Shown here: positions 53,616 to 64,000 of the stretch, piece by piece
Position numbering within the stretch: the first letter of the stretch is position 1
Layout: each line of letters opens with the position of its first letter
Source of the DNA: Podarcis tiliguerta
Lineage: Eukaryota
Strand: one strand, 5' to 3'
Assembly: GCA_965153285.1 (NCBI GenBank)
Contig: OZ229115.1
Length of the DNA: 64,000 nucleotides
Notes under the pieces: generated by a model
Seen by the model: the letters and a program-made list of their open reading frames with translations, nothing else
The model's database searches: none
Told to the model about the DNA's origin: nothing
Program-made: the position numbers and the translations under genes

Positions 53616-55061
53616 TCAATACATGCAGGGCTTTACAGGGAGACTGGAGGCAAGGCACGTTGTAATTAAGCTGGGCGTTGAAGCATTTCTAATTAGATGT
53701 TGCCAAATCCAGGACACAAGAGACCTTTATTAAGAACCCCATTAGGTAAAAAACAGAATGCTGTAGGATCCCAGTTCTCCATCACGGTGAAGTGGGAGAT
53801 GGAAACGCTGCATTTTTGACAATCTCCCTTCAATGCGAGTCTTAAAAGGTACAGGTGTGTTTTCACATCTGGACCTTTCAGCTGTAGCCCAAGGAATACA
53901 GTTTGCCTACCCTCTGAGAGGATGTCACAAGCAGATCAGCGAGGGGAAGGGGGACATTACCTACTGGATGTTGGACTCTTATCATCCCTGCTAACTGACC
54001 ATGCTTTCTGAGGCTGATGGGAGTTGGAGTCCACTAGCATCTGGAGGGCACAGGTATCCCACAGGTTTTTTTAATAACTCAGACAGCCACCCACTGGAGG
54101 GCTTCCTCTTTGTCTGAAAACTCCAGGTGTCTCTCCCCCTGCACCTAAACAAGATTGTGCCCTTTTACTCAGTGTTCAATCAGTCAGGAAGCACTATCAC
54201 CCCTGGGTTACATTCATTAACTTGACATAGATAAGATCCCATGGATTGACTCACAAAATTACATTGCATGGATAGAAGTGGTACAATGTTTCAGTGAGTA
54301 CAGCAGCAAAAGGATTTGCTATGTTAATGTGATCTGGAGAATGTTTCCTTATGTTAGTTCCTACCCCTTTCAAAAGCAAATTAGTTTTGGAAGAGGGCAC
54401 AGTTCCATTGCCAGAGAGAAAGAGGAGAAGCATATATGTAATACAGCTGCTGGTAATGAAAAGCCTTCTGCCTTCATTTAGGCTGAGATAAAGGTACAGT
54501 ATGTAGGTGAAAGGTCAGTGCTAAAAGCAGGGCGTGATTTTCATGATTGCCATCTATATTTAAATTTACACTAATATATTAGTTCCCTCATGCTTTTTTG
54601 CCTACTTTATGAGTACCAGGCGAAAACATATGGAAAAGTTTGGAGAAAATGAAACTGTTTCAGCTTGTTTGCTTTGTGTATTGTTTGCTGTGATATACTT
54701 CTAAATAAACATATTTAGGATCATACTGTAAAGATAATAGTTATATTCTTAGTGTGCCTAAGTACTAGAGAAATTCAGTGGAATCTACATTTCTTTGGAT
54801 TATGACTAATATGTTTTAGAAGTATATTTGACTTATAGCAGTTCCTTATAAGCAGGTAAACTTCCAAGTTACAAAAATTGGTAAAAGATCTGGAGATCTG
54901 GTGCCCCTTAAATATTAACATAGAAGTAGAACCTGCAGCAAAATATTGCAGTGCTCCTGTTCAGAGTTCAGCTTTTCCAGGATAGTCCATTCCATCTCCT
55001 CCCTGTCAGCATTCTGTGCCCACTGAGAATGGTCAGTTTTTGTGGCTGTTTTTTGAGCTGT

Positions 55062-55188
55062 AGATTCAGGTAGGTAGCTGTGTTGGTCTGATGCAGTCAA
55101 AATAAAAATAAAAAAACAAAAAATTGTCCAGTAGCACCTTATAGACCAAGTTTGTTCTGGTATAAGCTTTCGTGTGCATGCACATTTC
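55062..55188. mobile_element. Penelope-like terminal repeat fragment
   Basis: 11-bp TSD TTTTGAGCTGT (55051-55061, 55189-55199); GTGCATGCAC hairpin followed by ACGAAAGCTTA on the minus strand. Confidence 0.65.
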
Positions 55189-55753
55189 TTTTGAGCTGTT
55201 ATTTTTTATTCCCCCTCCCATTTAGGTTTTTCCTGCTAAATGTTTTTTTCGGGGGAGGGGACTTTAGCAGTCCTTGGGTTTCCCCAAGGCTCTGGTGAAG
55301 GTATGTTATTGGTTTGCCTATGTGAATATTGGCACTTGAAAAACAAGTTTGCTATTTGTATATACTAGGATACTGTATATTGTACCATAAACCTTAATAC
55401 AAGGTAATGAACATTCTCTGTTACTTTCAGAACATTCTTTATTTACTCTTCTAACTTCAGAGCAGCTAATTGGGATTTCAATGATAGCTATGGGAGCTTT
55501 CATCCAAAATGTCTGGAAGGTACCAGGCAAAGCCTGGTCTAAGGAGAAATGGGGTCAGTGTACAAAAGGTTAATGTGTAGTTAGTAAGGGATTATTTTAG
55601 ACTGCAGTCCTTTCATACCTGCATTTGACTTATAATAAATTGCTAGGGAAAACTATTTATTACACAGAACAGTATTATTCTTGCCTTTTCCTTTGGAATG
55701 TTTAACATGGTGTGGCCTTATATTGTTTTGCTTCTCTTCTCCTGCCTTATTAG

Positions 55754-55834
55754 TTTGCCTATTCCAAAACTTGAAGACACAATCAAAAGATACCTAAATG
55801 CTCAAAAGCCTCTTTTAGATGATGCCCAATTCAG
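55754..55834 (+). CDS. CPT2: CPT2 exon 2 ([26 protein letters not shown])
   Basis: attag|T ... AG|gtaaga; 81 nt; LPxLPIPxL acyltransferase signature. Confidence 0.96.
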
Positions 55835-55879
55835 GTAAGAAAAAAGAAGAAACCAAAGACAGTATATATATCAACAGTA

Positions 55880-57200
55880 GCAATGTTGAAGGATTATGCA
55901 CCTCTGTAGGGAGTTATACAATTTGGGGGCCACCACGGAAAGGACCTTGTCTCTCAGGCCCACCAGTAGCATCAGCCTGGCAGGTGGGCATATGAGCAGA
56001 GCTTCTGAGGCAAATCTTAATACAGTCGTACCTTGGATTCCAAACGCCTTACAAGTCAAACGTTTTGGCTCCCAAATGCCGCAAACCCAGAAGTGAGTGT
56101 TCCGGTTTGTGAATGTTCTTTGGAACCCGAACGTCTGACGCAGCTTCTGATTGGCTGCAGGAACTTCCTGCAGCCAATCAGAAGCCGTGCCTTGGTTTCC
56201 AAAAGTTTTGGAAGTCGAACGGACTTCTGGAATGGATTCTGTTTGACTTCCATGGTATGACTGTATTTTAGGAGACCTGTATTGTGTTCCTGGTCTTTTA
56301 GAGGACATGGGCTCAAGCCGCTGGTGGCTTTAAAGGTCAGAATCAACACTTTGAATTGGATTCAGAAACACAACCTGCAACCAGTACGACTGGTACAGAA
56401 TAGGAGTTGCATTCTGTGATTTCTGTGCACCATCTAGCAACCAAGCAGCAGCATTCTGCACCAGTTGAAGTTTCTCAACTTAAAGGCAGCAGTCTGCCCA
56501 CAGTTGTCTGTCCTAGATGTGAATAGTGTGTAGATTACTGAGGCAAGGTCTGATCTCTCTAGGTAAGGCAATAGCCTCAGTAGGAAATAGGCGCTCCTAA
56601 TCACAGATGTAACCTGTGCTTCCACAGACAGTGCCAATCAAGGAGAACTGCCAAACAACAAATGTAGTCATTCAGGAGAGTTTGATCCTGTCTCTTTAGC
56701 CAGATAATTCGGCTTCCCCACCCAGAGCACAGGTGTCTTCTTAGATACAGTTTTAGCTAATTGCCCTCATCCAGTTTAAACTGTTTCCAGGTTCCTATTA
56801 AGGTTTCACAGACTCCTTGGGATTAACAGCTGAAAGAGAGAGGTAGAACTAGCTGTCATCCACATATTGGTGACACTGCAGTCCAAACCTCTGGGTGAGT
56901 TCTCCCAGCACTTTCATATAGGTGTAAACCAGCATGGGGGACAGAATAGAACCTTGATGCCAAGGGACACAACTTTCTGGGACTGATCCTCCATGAGGGA
57001 CTGGCACCAACACAATAGTGTGCCCCCCGTGCCATCCCAGCAAGATGGCCCAGAAGGATACCATGACTGATAGTAGCGAATGCAACAGAGAGATTTAAGA
57101 GGATAAATAGAATCCACTCCTCTCGTCCAGTTCCCAGCATACACCACCCAGCAGGAAAACCAAGGCTGTTTCTGCCCTGAATCTGGGCTGAAAACTGGAC
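55880..57200 (-). mobile_element. Degraded L2 LINE in CPT2 intron 2
   Basis: RT remnants LLNLSVAFATISHGILL, QGSILSPML, HQYVDD, LILTFKA. Confidence 0.75.
56023..56263. mobile_element. Tigger/pogo-like MITE nested in an L2 fragment
   Basis: TA-CAGTCGTACCTTGGA ... TCCATGGTATGACTG-TA. Confidence 0.8.
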
Positions 57201-57676
57201 TGAAGTGTTTTTTTTTAAAAAAATTCTGTATTCTCCCAAGATTGCCTGGCTGTTCCCTGAGTGGCAGGTGTGAGCCTAGAACATCAAACCCTCCATGAAA
57301 TATTAACCATTTCTGAAATGCAAGTCTTCAAACTCTAGACTTCAGTTTACTTATATCACACCAGGTTGCCTGAGCTGACAGGTATCTATGATAACATAGT
57401 AGCACAGTGCACCAGTCCAAACTAGTTCTTGTATCCTTACACATTCAGCATAGTGATTACAGAACCTTCTTCCAGTGTAGATCCAGAATGGATCAACTTC
57501 AACCTTTGAATGAACAACAGCCTTTTCTCATTCTTAGCCAGGAGCATTTGCAACATCAAGGGTGGGGAAGGGAGGAGTCATACCAGTCCAGCCACATGGG
57601 ATGTTTTCTTCTTGACTCTCAGAAAGGCATCACAATTTTACTTAATTTCTCTCTCTCTCACTCTCTCTTTTTAAAG

Positions 57677-57783
57677 GAAAACTGAACAACTCGCTGTCAA
57701 TTTTAGGGATGGAATTGGTAGAGAATTACATGAGCAGTTGGTTGCACAAGACAAGCAAAATAAGCACACTAGTTATATTTCAG
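57677..57783 (+). CDS. CPT2: CPT2 exon 3 ([35 protein letters not shown])
   Basis: tttaaag|G ... G|gtaagg; 107 nt. Confidence 0.96.
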
Positions 57784-59702
57784 GTAAGGAAGTAATTGTG
57801 AAACCTGCTTTGTGTTCCTGGTATCTGTTCCTCAAACTGCTTGCTTGAGAACAGACTAGAATCTGGCATGTTAGAGGGCGCACTCTGATCATTAACTCTT
57901 GCTGCAGCTTGCTTCCTTGCATGCATCTTTTGAATGCTCAACATTTGATTCTCTGTGGCATGTCTAAATTGATGTCATTAAAAAGCTTTGTGTTGAAGGT
58001 AGTAAGTATGGAAGTTCATTCACACCTGCAAGTCACCCCGATGCTTGAGTCAGCTAAGTGATAAACAGGCATGTTTATCATTAACCTTAGTTATCATTAA
58101 CCTTAGTTTCAGGTTAATGAAGCTGGATACTCTCAGATCTGAAATGCTCTTGACAATGTTACAATCAGTACTCCAAAACAACTGACTTATCTTTTTCCCT
58201 GAAATAGCAAGATGTCATGGAAACATCTTCACTTGGCAAGTAATGTTGACCCAGACATATTCTTTAAAGTACAGACAACCAGAATCAAAGCATCAACAAC
58301 ATAAAAGGTGCATGGTCCCTTGAGCACAGCACCATTCATTACGTTAGGCACTTATGGTTCTGAAAACTTCATTCTGCAGTGTCTTGCTTCTTGGTTTACA
58401 AAGTCTAATATGGACTTCTAATACCATAAGAATATGATGTCTTGGACTGAAAGGTCATTTTATGCAGAGAGAGGGAGAAGTGGTTGCATAGGCAGATTCC
58501 TGGAGCTGTGTTGATGGCTCCAGCGTTGGAACTTGAGGTCATGGCTAACTGCTAGGTCACTGTGCATGCCGAGGGCCTCAGGTTTAATCCCTGGCATCTC
58601 TAGTTAAAGCATTTCAGGTAGCACATAGGCACCACCTCTGCCTGTGACGTTGGAGAGATGCTGCTAATAGGAACAGACAGTAGTGAACTAGATGGGTCAG
58701 TGGTCTAACTTGGTATAAGACAACCTCTTGTATCTCATCTCTTGCCTTGGAAAGTGGCGATGAAGGAAATGGGAAGGAAAGCTTACCACTACCATAAAAT
58801 ATCCTAAGTTGTATCCAGTGTAGTACTAAGTGAATGTTCCATCGGTGCAAGGATCTCTGCTTGTGCAATGGAACAGTCTTCCCCTTTGTGCCCCTTAAAT
58901 TTGTTCTAGGGGTTCCCCGAACCTCTGGAGCAGATTTGGTGAGGGTGCAGTTTGGGTGGATGGGATAAATTAGTTGAATGCCCCCTGTGTAATTCTTAAA
59001 CAGAAAGCACAATGAAGGGAAATAGTTGCTGCAGTGATCCAATGAGTGACTCAAACCACATGTAAATCTATTTCAGGATGTCAAAGCAAGTACCACCTTT
59101 GGAGAATCCAGCTTAGGCAATACTATAAAATGGCTTGCCTTTGAGAAGGCAGGCAGGATGACAGAGAGAGAACAGCATTTCTTTTATCAAAGAACAAGAA
59201 AGATGAAAGATGCAGACAGCAAGACCAGAGAATAAAGAAAAGGAGACAGCAAATTTAATAGGACAAAAGTGATTGAGAGAGAGAGACAGAGACAGAGGAA
59301 AGAAAGCAAGAGAATGTCTATAATGTTTAGGTTAGTGATTTTTATTAATTTAGTCCCCAAAGGCGTGTTGTTGTAGCTTATAAGGATATTAGTGGAGAGC
59401 AGAAGTGTTTATGTACAGAGCAAACCTGGTATCTGTAAATTCCACCATATTCTCCACTATTGTAATTCCTCATCAAATTAGCTCACTGACTACTGAGTGG
59501 TAGCAATTTCTGACACCCAAGATACTCTGCACTGCACATAAATGAAAGTGAAATTAGTGAGTGTGAACTGCAATACTTTTCCCCCTTTTTTGATACTCAA
59601 GAAGGTAAAATGATGCTGAAGGTGAGCCAAATTTAAAACCTTCCATTATAAATGAAGAATAAAGGGTGATATCCATGCCATAGCCATGGATTTAAAGGTT
59701 CT

Positions 59703-59850
59703 TCTTTTTCTTGGTGATCACTCATAGCCGAGTAAGATTGTCTTCCATAAACATGGTTTTAACAATGAGTCCATAAGTGACTGCGGAGGCCAATTCTGGA
59801 CCCACACATCCTTCCACAGTGGGGACATTGGTTCCCCGGGCGGGAGTTGA
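59703..59850 (-). mobile_element. 5'-truncated RTE-clade LINE 3' end
   Basis: Minus frame reads CPHCGRMCGSRIGLRSHLWTHC* (RTE C-terminal C2H2 motif); (GAA)-rich tail; 9-bp TSD AAAGGTTCT. Confidence 0.8.
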
Positions 59851-61547
59851 AAAGGTTCTACACTGAAATATGGCTGACATTCAAATATGGGGACCAGGGG
59901 GAATTGGCACGTTAGTTCTGCTGTTGCAGTTGTCATGTGAAAGAGGAAAAAATCCTGTTCTCTTTTTTATTCATTTGATCTTCAAAATGAAGTAGTGCCT
60001 GACTATTCCTGCATTGCAGGGAGTTGAACTAGAGGACCCGTGGGGTCCCTTCCAACTCGACAGTTCTATGATTCTAAGACATTCATCTATTTTTTATGTG
60101 TGTGTGATGAATAGGAAAATGAAAGGTAAGAGTCTCCCTTCCTAGCAAACAGGCAGTGACCTAGTTGATGTTGATACAGGGATAAGTGGGCATTTGCAGA
60201 TGAAAGAGCAAATCATTCAAGCCTAATGGCTGCAAACAATTCAAGCCATCACCACAAAACATAGAGCTGAACTATTTTGCAGTGAAGGTGTAAGTGTTGC
60301 CCAATCCCCTGAGGACTGGAATTGGTGGGCTAAATATGTGCAATATGTGCCATTGCCCCCCATCATTGCCACTCTTCTGTCATACCATGGTTGCTTGTAT
60401 ATAAAACATGCAGCTTATTGGTTTTGTCAATACCTGTGGATGATTTTCTTAAGTACTTATTGAAGTAATTGTGTGTGTGTGTATGTATGTATGCATATGC
60501 CTGCCGTATTATTTTTTTAAAAAATGAAATGACTGATAACACACACACATATATAAACACATGAAAATTTAAAATTGAAGACCACCCACTAACGATTATG
60601 GAAATATGCCTGGATAAGCCTGGCAACAAGGGAAAATTTTCATCAGGCGTTTAACAGTTGAAACAGAAGGTGGCTTCTGCATCTCTGTTGGCAGAGCATT
60701 TCACAGGACGGGGTCACATCCTTACCTAAGATTTAAATTTGGCTTGGGCTTTCTCTGGAATGCTTTATGACTGAAAGAGGGCATGCTAAACACTAAAGGG
60801 AATGTTCAATTTTACATTTCCCTAGGCTTTTTGTTGTATTGCTATTTAAAAACCATCCTGCTGTAAACTTTGAACGTTACTAAGCTATAAAACTGAAGAA
60901 TTTTCAAGGCATCAGCTTGAAAATTATTCTAATGCATTTATGTTACTGCTTGAACTGTGTTGAGTGTTGCCTTTCATCTCCCACTAAAATTTACTTTGCA
61001 GCCCCTGTATTTGTGAAGAAAGACCACAGGTTTTAAGCCAAGTGTAAAATTCAGTTACTTTAGTGGCTAGAATGAAGACAGGGATTAGACATGAAACCGT
61101 GGCTGAGGAACTGAGACTTGTTGCAGAAAAGAGGAAGAGGAAAGAACAGAAAAGGTAAAGGAAGATGGTGAGGAAAGAGCAGAAGTGGATAGGCAGGTAA
61201 ACAAGTAAATGTTCTCTCTCTCTCCCCCCTCCCCTCTCCCAAGACGACACAACACAATGGTATGTCAAAGAGGAGAGCAAATTGTGAATGGATCGTAGAT
61301 GCAAAATTGTAGCCCTCAAGCAATAAACATAAATTATGCATGTTAATTCCACAAAGAAGAAATCAGAGGGTGTTATATTTTGGATTGCAGGAGCTTAGAA
61401 ACCTAGCGTGTTTACCATACCTCCTGGCCCACAAATTAAAAAAAAGAAGGTCCCTCTCATAAACATTTGCCCACATTTCATGTTTATGAGCCTTGTTTGT
61501 CTTATGGTCTTTTGTGTTGATCTGTTCTGTCCGCCTCTCGATTTTAG

Positions 61548-62852
61548 GTCCCTGGTTTGACATGTACTTACGGGCACGTGAATCGGTGGTTTTGAACTTC
61601 AATCCTTTTATGGCTTTCAACCCTGACCCCAAAGCTGAATATAACGACCAGCTTGTGAGAGCGACTAACATGACTGTTTCTGCTCTGCGTTTCTTGAAGA
61701 CCCTCAGGGCTGGCTTTTTAGAGCCAGAGGTTTTTCATCTCAACCCATCCAAAAGCGACACACAAGCTTTCAAAAGGTTCATTCGGTTTGTGCCTTCCTC
61801 TCTCTCGTGGTTTGGTGCCTATATGTTGAATGCCTACCCACTAGACATGTCCCAGTACTTCAGGCTTTTTAATTCCACACGGCTGCCTAAGCTCAGCAAG
61901 GATGAGCTGTTTACGGACGAAAGTAAGCGGCACTTATTAGTGCTTAGAAATGGAAACTTCTATGTGTTTGATGTTCTAGATAGAGATGGGAACATAGTGG
62001 CGCCTTCAGAAATTCAAGCACACCTAAAATACATCATTTCCGACAGCAGCCCCGTTCCAGCGTTCCCTCTTGCTTGCTTGACTAGCGAAAACAGGGATAC
62101 ATGGGCACGGCTGAGACAAGAGCTACTTGAGAATGGCAATAAGGAAGCTTTAACAAAGGTGGATTCCGCAATCTTCTGCCTGTGCCTTGATGACTTTCCA
62201 ATTAAAGATCTCAACCACTTGTCCCATACCATGCTTCACGGTGATGGAGTCAACAGGTGGTATGACAAATCCTTCAACCTTATTTTAGCGAAAGACGGCA
62301 CCGCAGCAGTTCACTTTGAGCACGCCTGGGGAGATGGTGTAGCTGTACTCAGATTCCAAAACGAAGTGTTTAAAGACAGCACCCAGTCGCCTGCGATTGC
62401 TCCTCCGTCTCAGCCTGCTGCGGTTGATTCTGCCGCCGCTGTACAGAAGCTGAGCTTTAAACTGAACGATGCCTTGAAAGAAGGAATTACCAAGGCCAAA
62501 CAGAATTTTGACGCCACTGTGAAAACACTGACTCTGGAGGCCATTCAGTTTGAAAAAGGAGGCAAGGAGTTCCTAAAGAAGCAGAAGCTGAGTCCTGACG
62601 CTATAACGCAACTTGCCTTCCAGGTGGCTTTTCTACGGCAATATGGCCAAACTGTTGCCACCTATGAATCTTGCAGCACAGCAGCATTCAAGCACGGTCG
62701 CACCGAAACCATCCGTCCTGCCTCAGTTCATACAAAAAAGTGTTCAGAGGCTTTAGTCAGGAATCTGCCCAAGCACAGTAACGCAGAACTGCAGCAGATG
62801 ATTGCGGAATGCTCCAAGTTCCACAACCAGCTCACAAAAGAAGCTGCTATGG
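61548..62852 (+). CDS. CPT2: CPT2 exon 4 (carnitine palmitoyltransferase 2 catalytic core); gene continues beyond the window
   Basis: ttttag|GT CCC TGG ... ATG G|gtaagt; 1305 nt; motifs [17 protein letters not shown] (catalytic His), [16 protein letters not shown]. Confidence 0.98.
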
Positions 62853-63352
62853 GTAAGTGGCAAGGTGACTTGCGAAGCCGCCTCACTCAGTTCGTTTTTT
62901 AGCATCGGATGCAGTCCCTCTCCCCAGTGGCTTCAGTCAAGGTAGACAATGGGTTCAGAGCAATTTTCACCTTGACGCAGAGTGTCTTGCTGGACCTTTG
63001 CATCACATTCACTCACACAGCTAGCATGTTTGCAGAGTTAAATACGTTCCCTACATTTAAATGGCATTTTGAAAAGACTTATCCAGAATCTGACTTCATT
63101 ATATTAATGTTTGAAAAATACTTATTTGCAATATGCAAAACAGCCTTTCCAGGTACGTTTTAATTTTATCCTTGTGTTACTGTAGTGAGTTGGATCTAAA
63201 GATGCTTTTCTATTCATGACAAGGACTTGTTTCTGTAAAGGAGGTTGGGGAGCAATTACCACCAATTTCTCCATCCCATTTCCCAGGCTATTCTGAAGGG
63301 TTCCCCCAGTCCTCTGGAGAAGATTTTCAAATGGCTGAATTTTTTTTTGGTA

Positions 63353-63781
63353 CAGTGGTGCCTCGCAAGACGAAAAGAATCCGTTCCGCGAGTCTCTTCG
63401 TCTTGCGGTTTTTTTCGTCTTGCGAAGCAAGCGGATTAGCGCTATTAGCGGCTATTAAAGGCTTAAGGGATTAGCGGATTAGCTGCTAAAAGGCTATTAG
63501 CGGCTATTAAAGGCTTAAGGGATTAGCGGATTAGCTGCTAAAAGGTTATTAGCGGCTTAGATCAGCTGTTAAGCGGCTTAGCGAACAGCTGTTAAGCGGC
63601 TTAGGGGCTTGGGGAAAAGGGGGGGGGGGAGGGGAAAAAACCCCTAGGAATCGCAAGGCATTTTCGTCTTGCGAAGCAAGCCTATAGCAAATTCGTTTTG
63701 CGAAGCACCTCCAAAACGGAAAACCCTTTCGTCTAGCGGGTTTTCCGTCTTGCGAGGCATTCGTCTTGCGGGGCACCACTG
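63353..63781. mobile_element. Tigger/pogo-like MITE with an internal 52-bp tandem repeat
   Basis: TIR CAGTGGTGCCTCGCAAGACGAA / TTCGTCTTGCGGGGCACCACTG; TA TSD. Confidence 0.9.
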
Positions 63782-64000
63782 TACTCCCTTGTTTGCTTGA
63801 GTTTCTACTGCAGCCTTCTCAGCCTGCTGCCCTTCAGATGTTGTTTGCTTACAACTCCAATCAGCTCCCCAAGCCAGCATGACTGATGCTCGGGGTGATG
63901 GGAGTTGTAGTCCAAAACATCTGGAGGGACCCAGGTTGGGAAAGAGTTCTCTACTGCAAGGCCTTTCAGCAAAGAAAAAGGGCAACTTTGGATAGTTTAG

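Noticed and set aside
58075-58106. 16-bp tandem duplication TTATCATTAACCTTAG
   Set aside because: Ordinary slippage duplication in an intron.
58990-59500. Possible LTR or promoter with TATAAAA and a GA-rich tract
   Set aside because: No boundaries or TSD identifiable by eye.
62255-62275. CPT2 NRWYDK (Tyr at the position of the human thermolabile F352C variant) as a thermal adaptation
   Set aside because: F/Y interchange is common in this motif of carnitine acyltransferases; nothing here supports adaptation.
61493-62902. 469-aa ORF as a standalone gene
   Set aside because: It is CPT2 exon 4 plus intronic read-through at both ends; splice sites are at 61548 and 62852.

Overview
Vertebrate genomic DNA, most likely a lacertid lizard (Sauria SINEs and other squamate-type repeats). 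The window holds the complete coding sequence of SLC1A7/EAAT5 on the minus strand (11 coding exons, 49702 to 9266, 1701 nt, 566 aa, all GT-AG). Head-to-head with it are exons 1-4 of CPT2 on the plus strand (ATG 52989 in a CpG island; the last exon lies beyond the window). Introns are dense with transposons: an apparently full-length, intact Rex1/Babar-type LINE in SLC1A7 intron 8, seven Sauria SINEs, Squam3/Squam2-like SINEs, L2/CR1/RTE/Penelope fragments, a solo LTR, and several hAT and Tc1/mariner MITEs, often nested. The most unusual structure I cannot assign is a perfect 32-bp inverted repeat (19857-19888 / 20323-20354) next to exon 8. It looks like a hairpin split by a 423-bp insert with an 8-bp direct repeat, and the insert carries splice-site-like and C/D-box-like motifs. 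Repeat family names come from recalled motifs, not from a database search.
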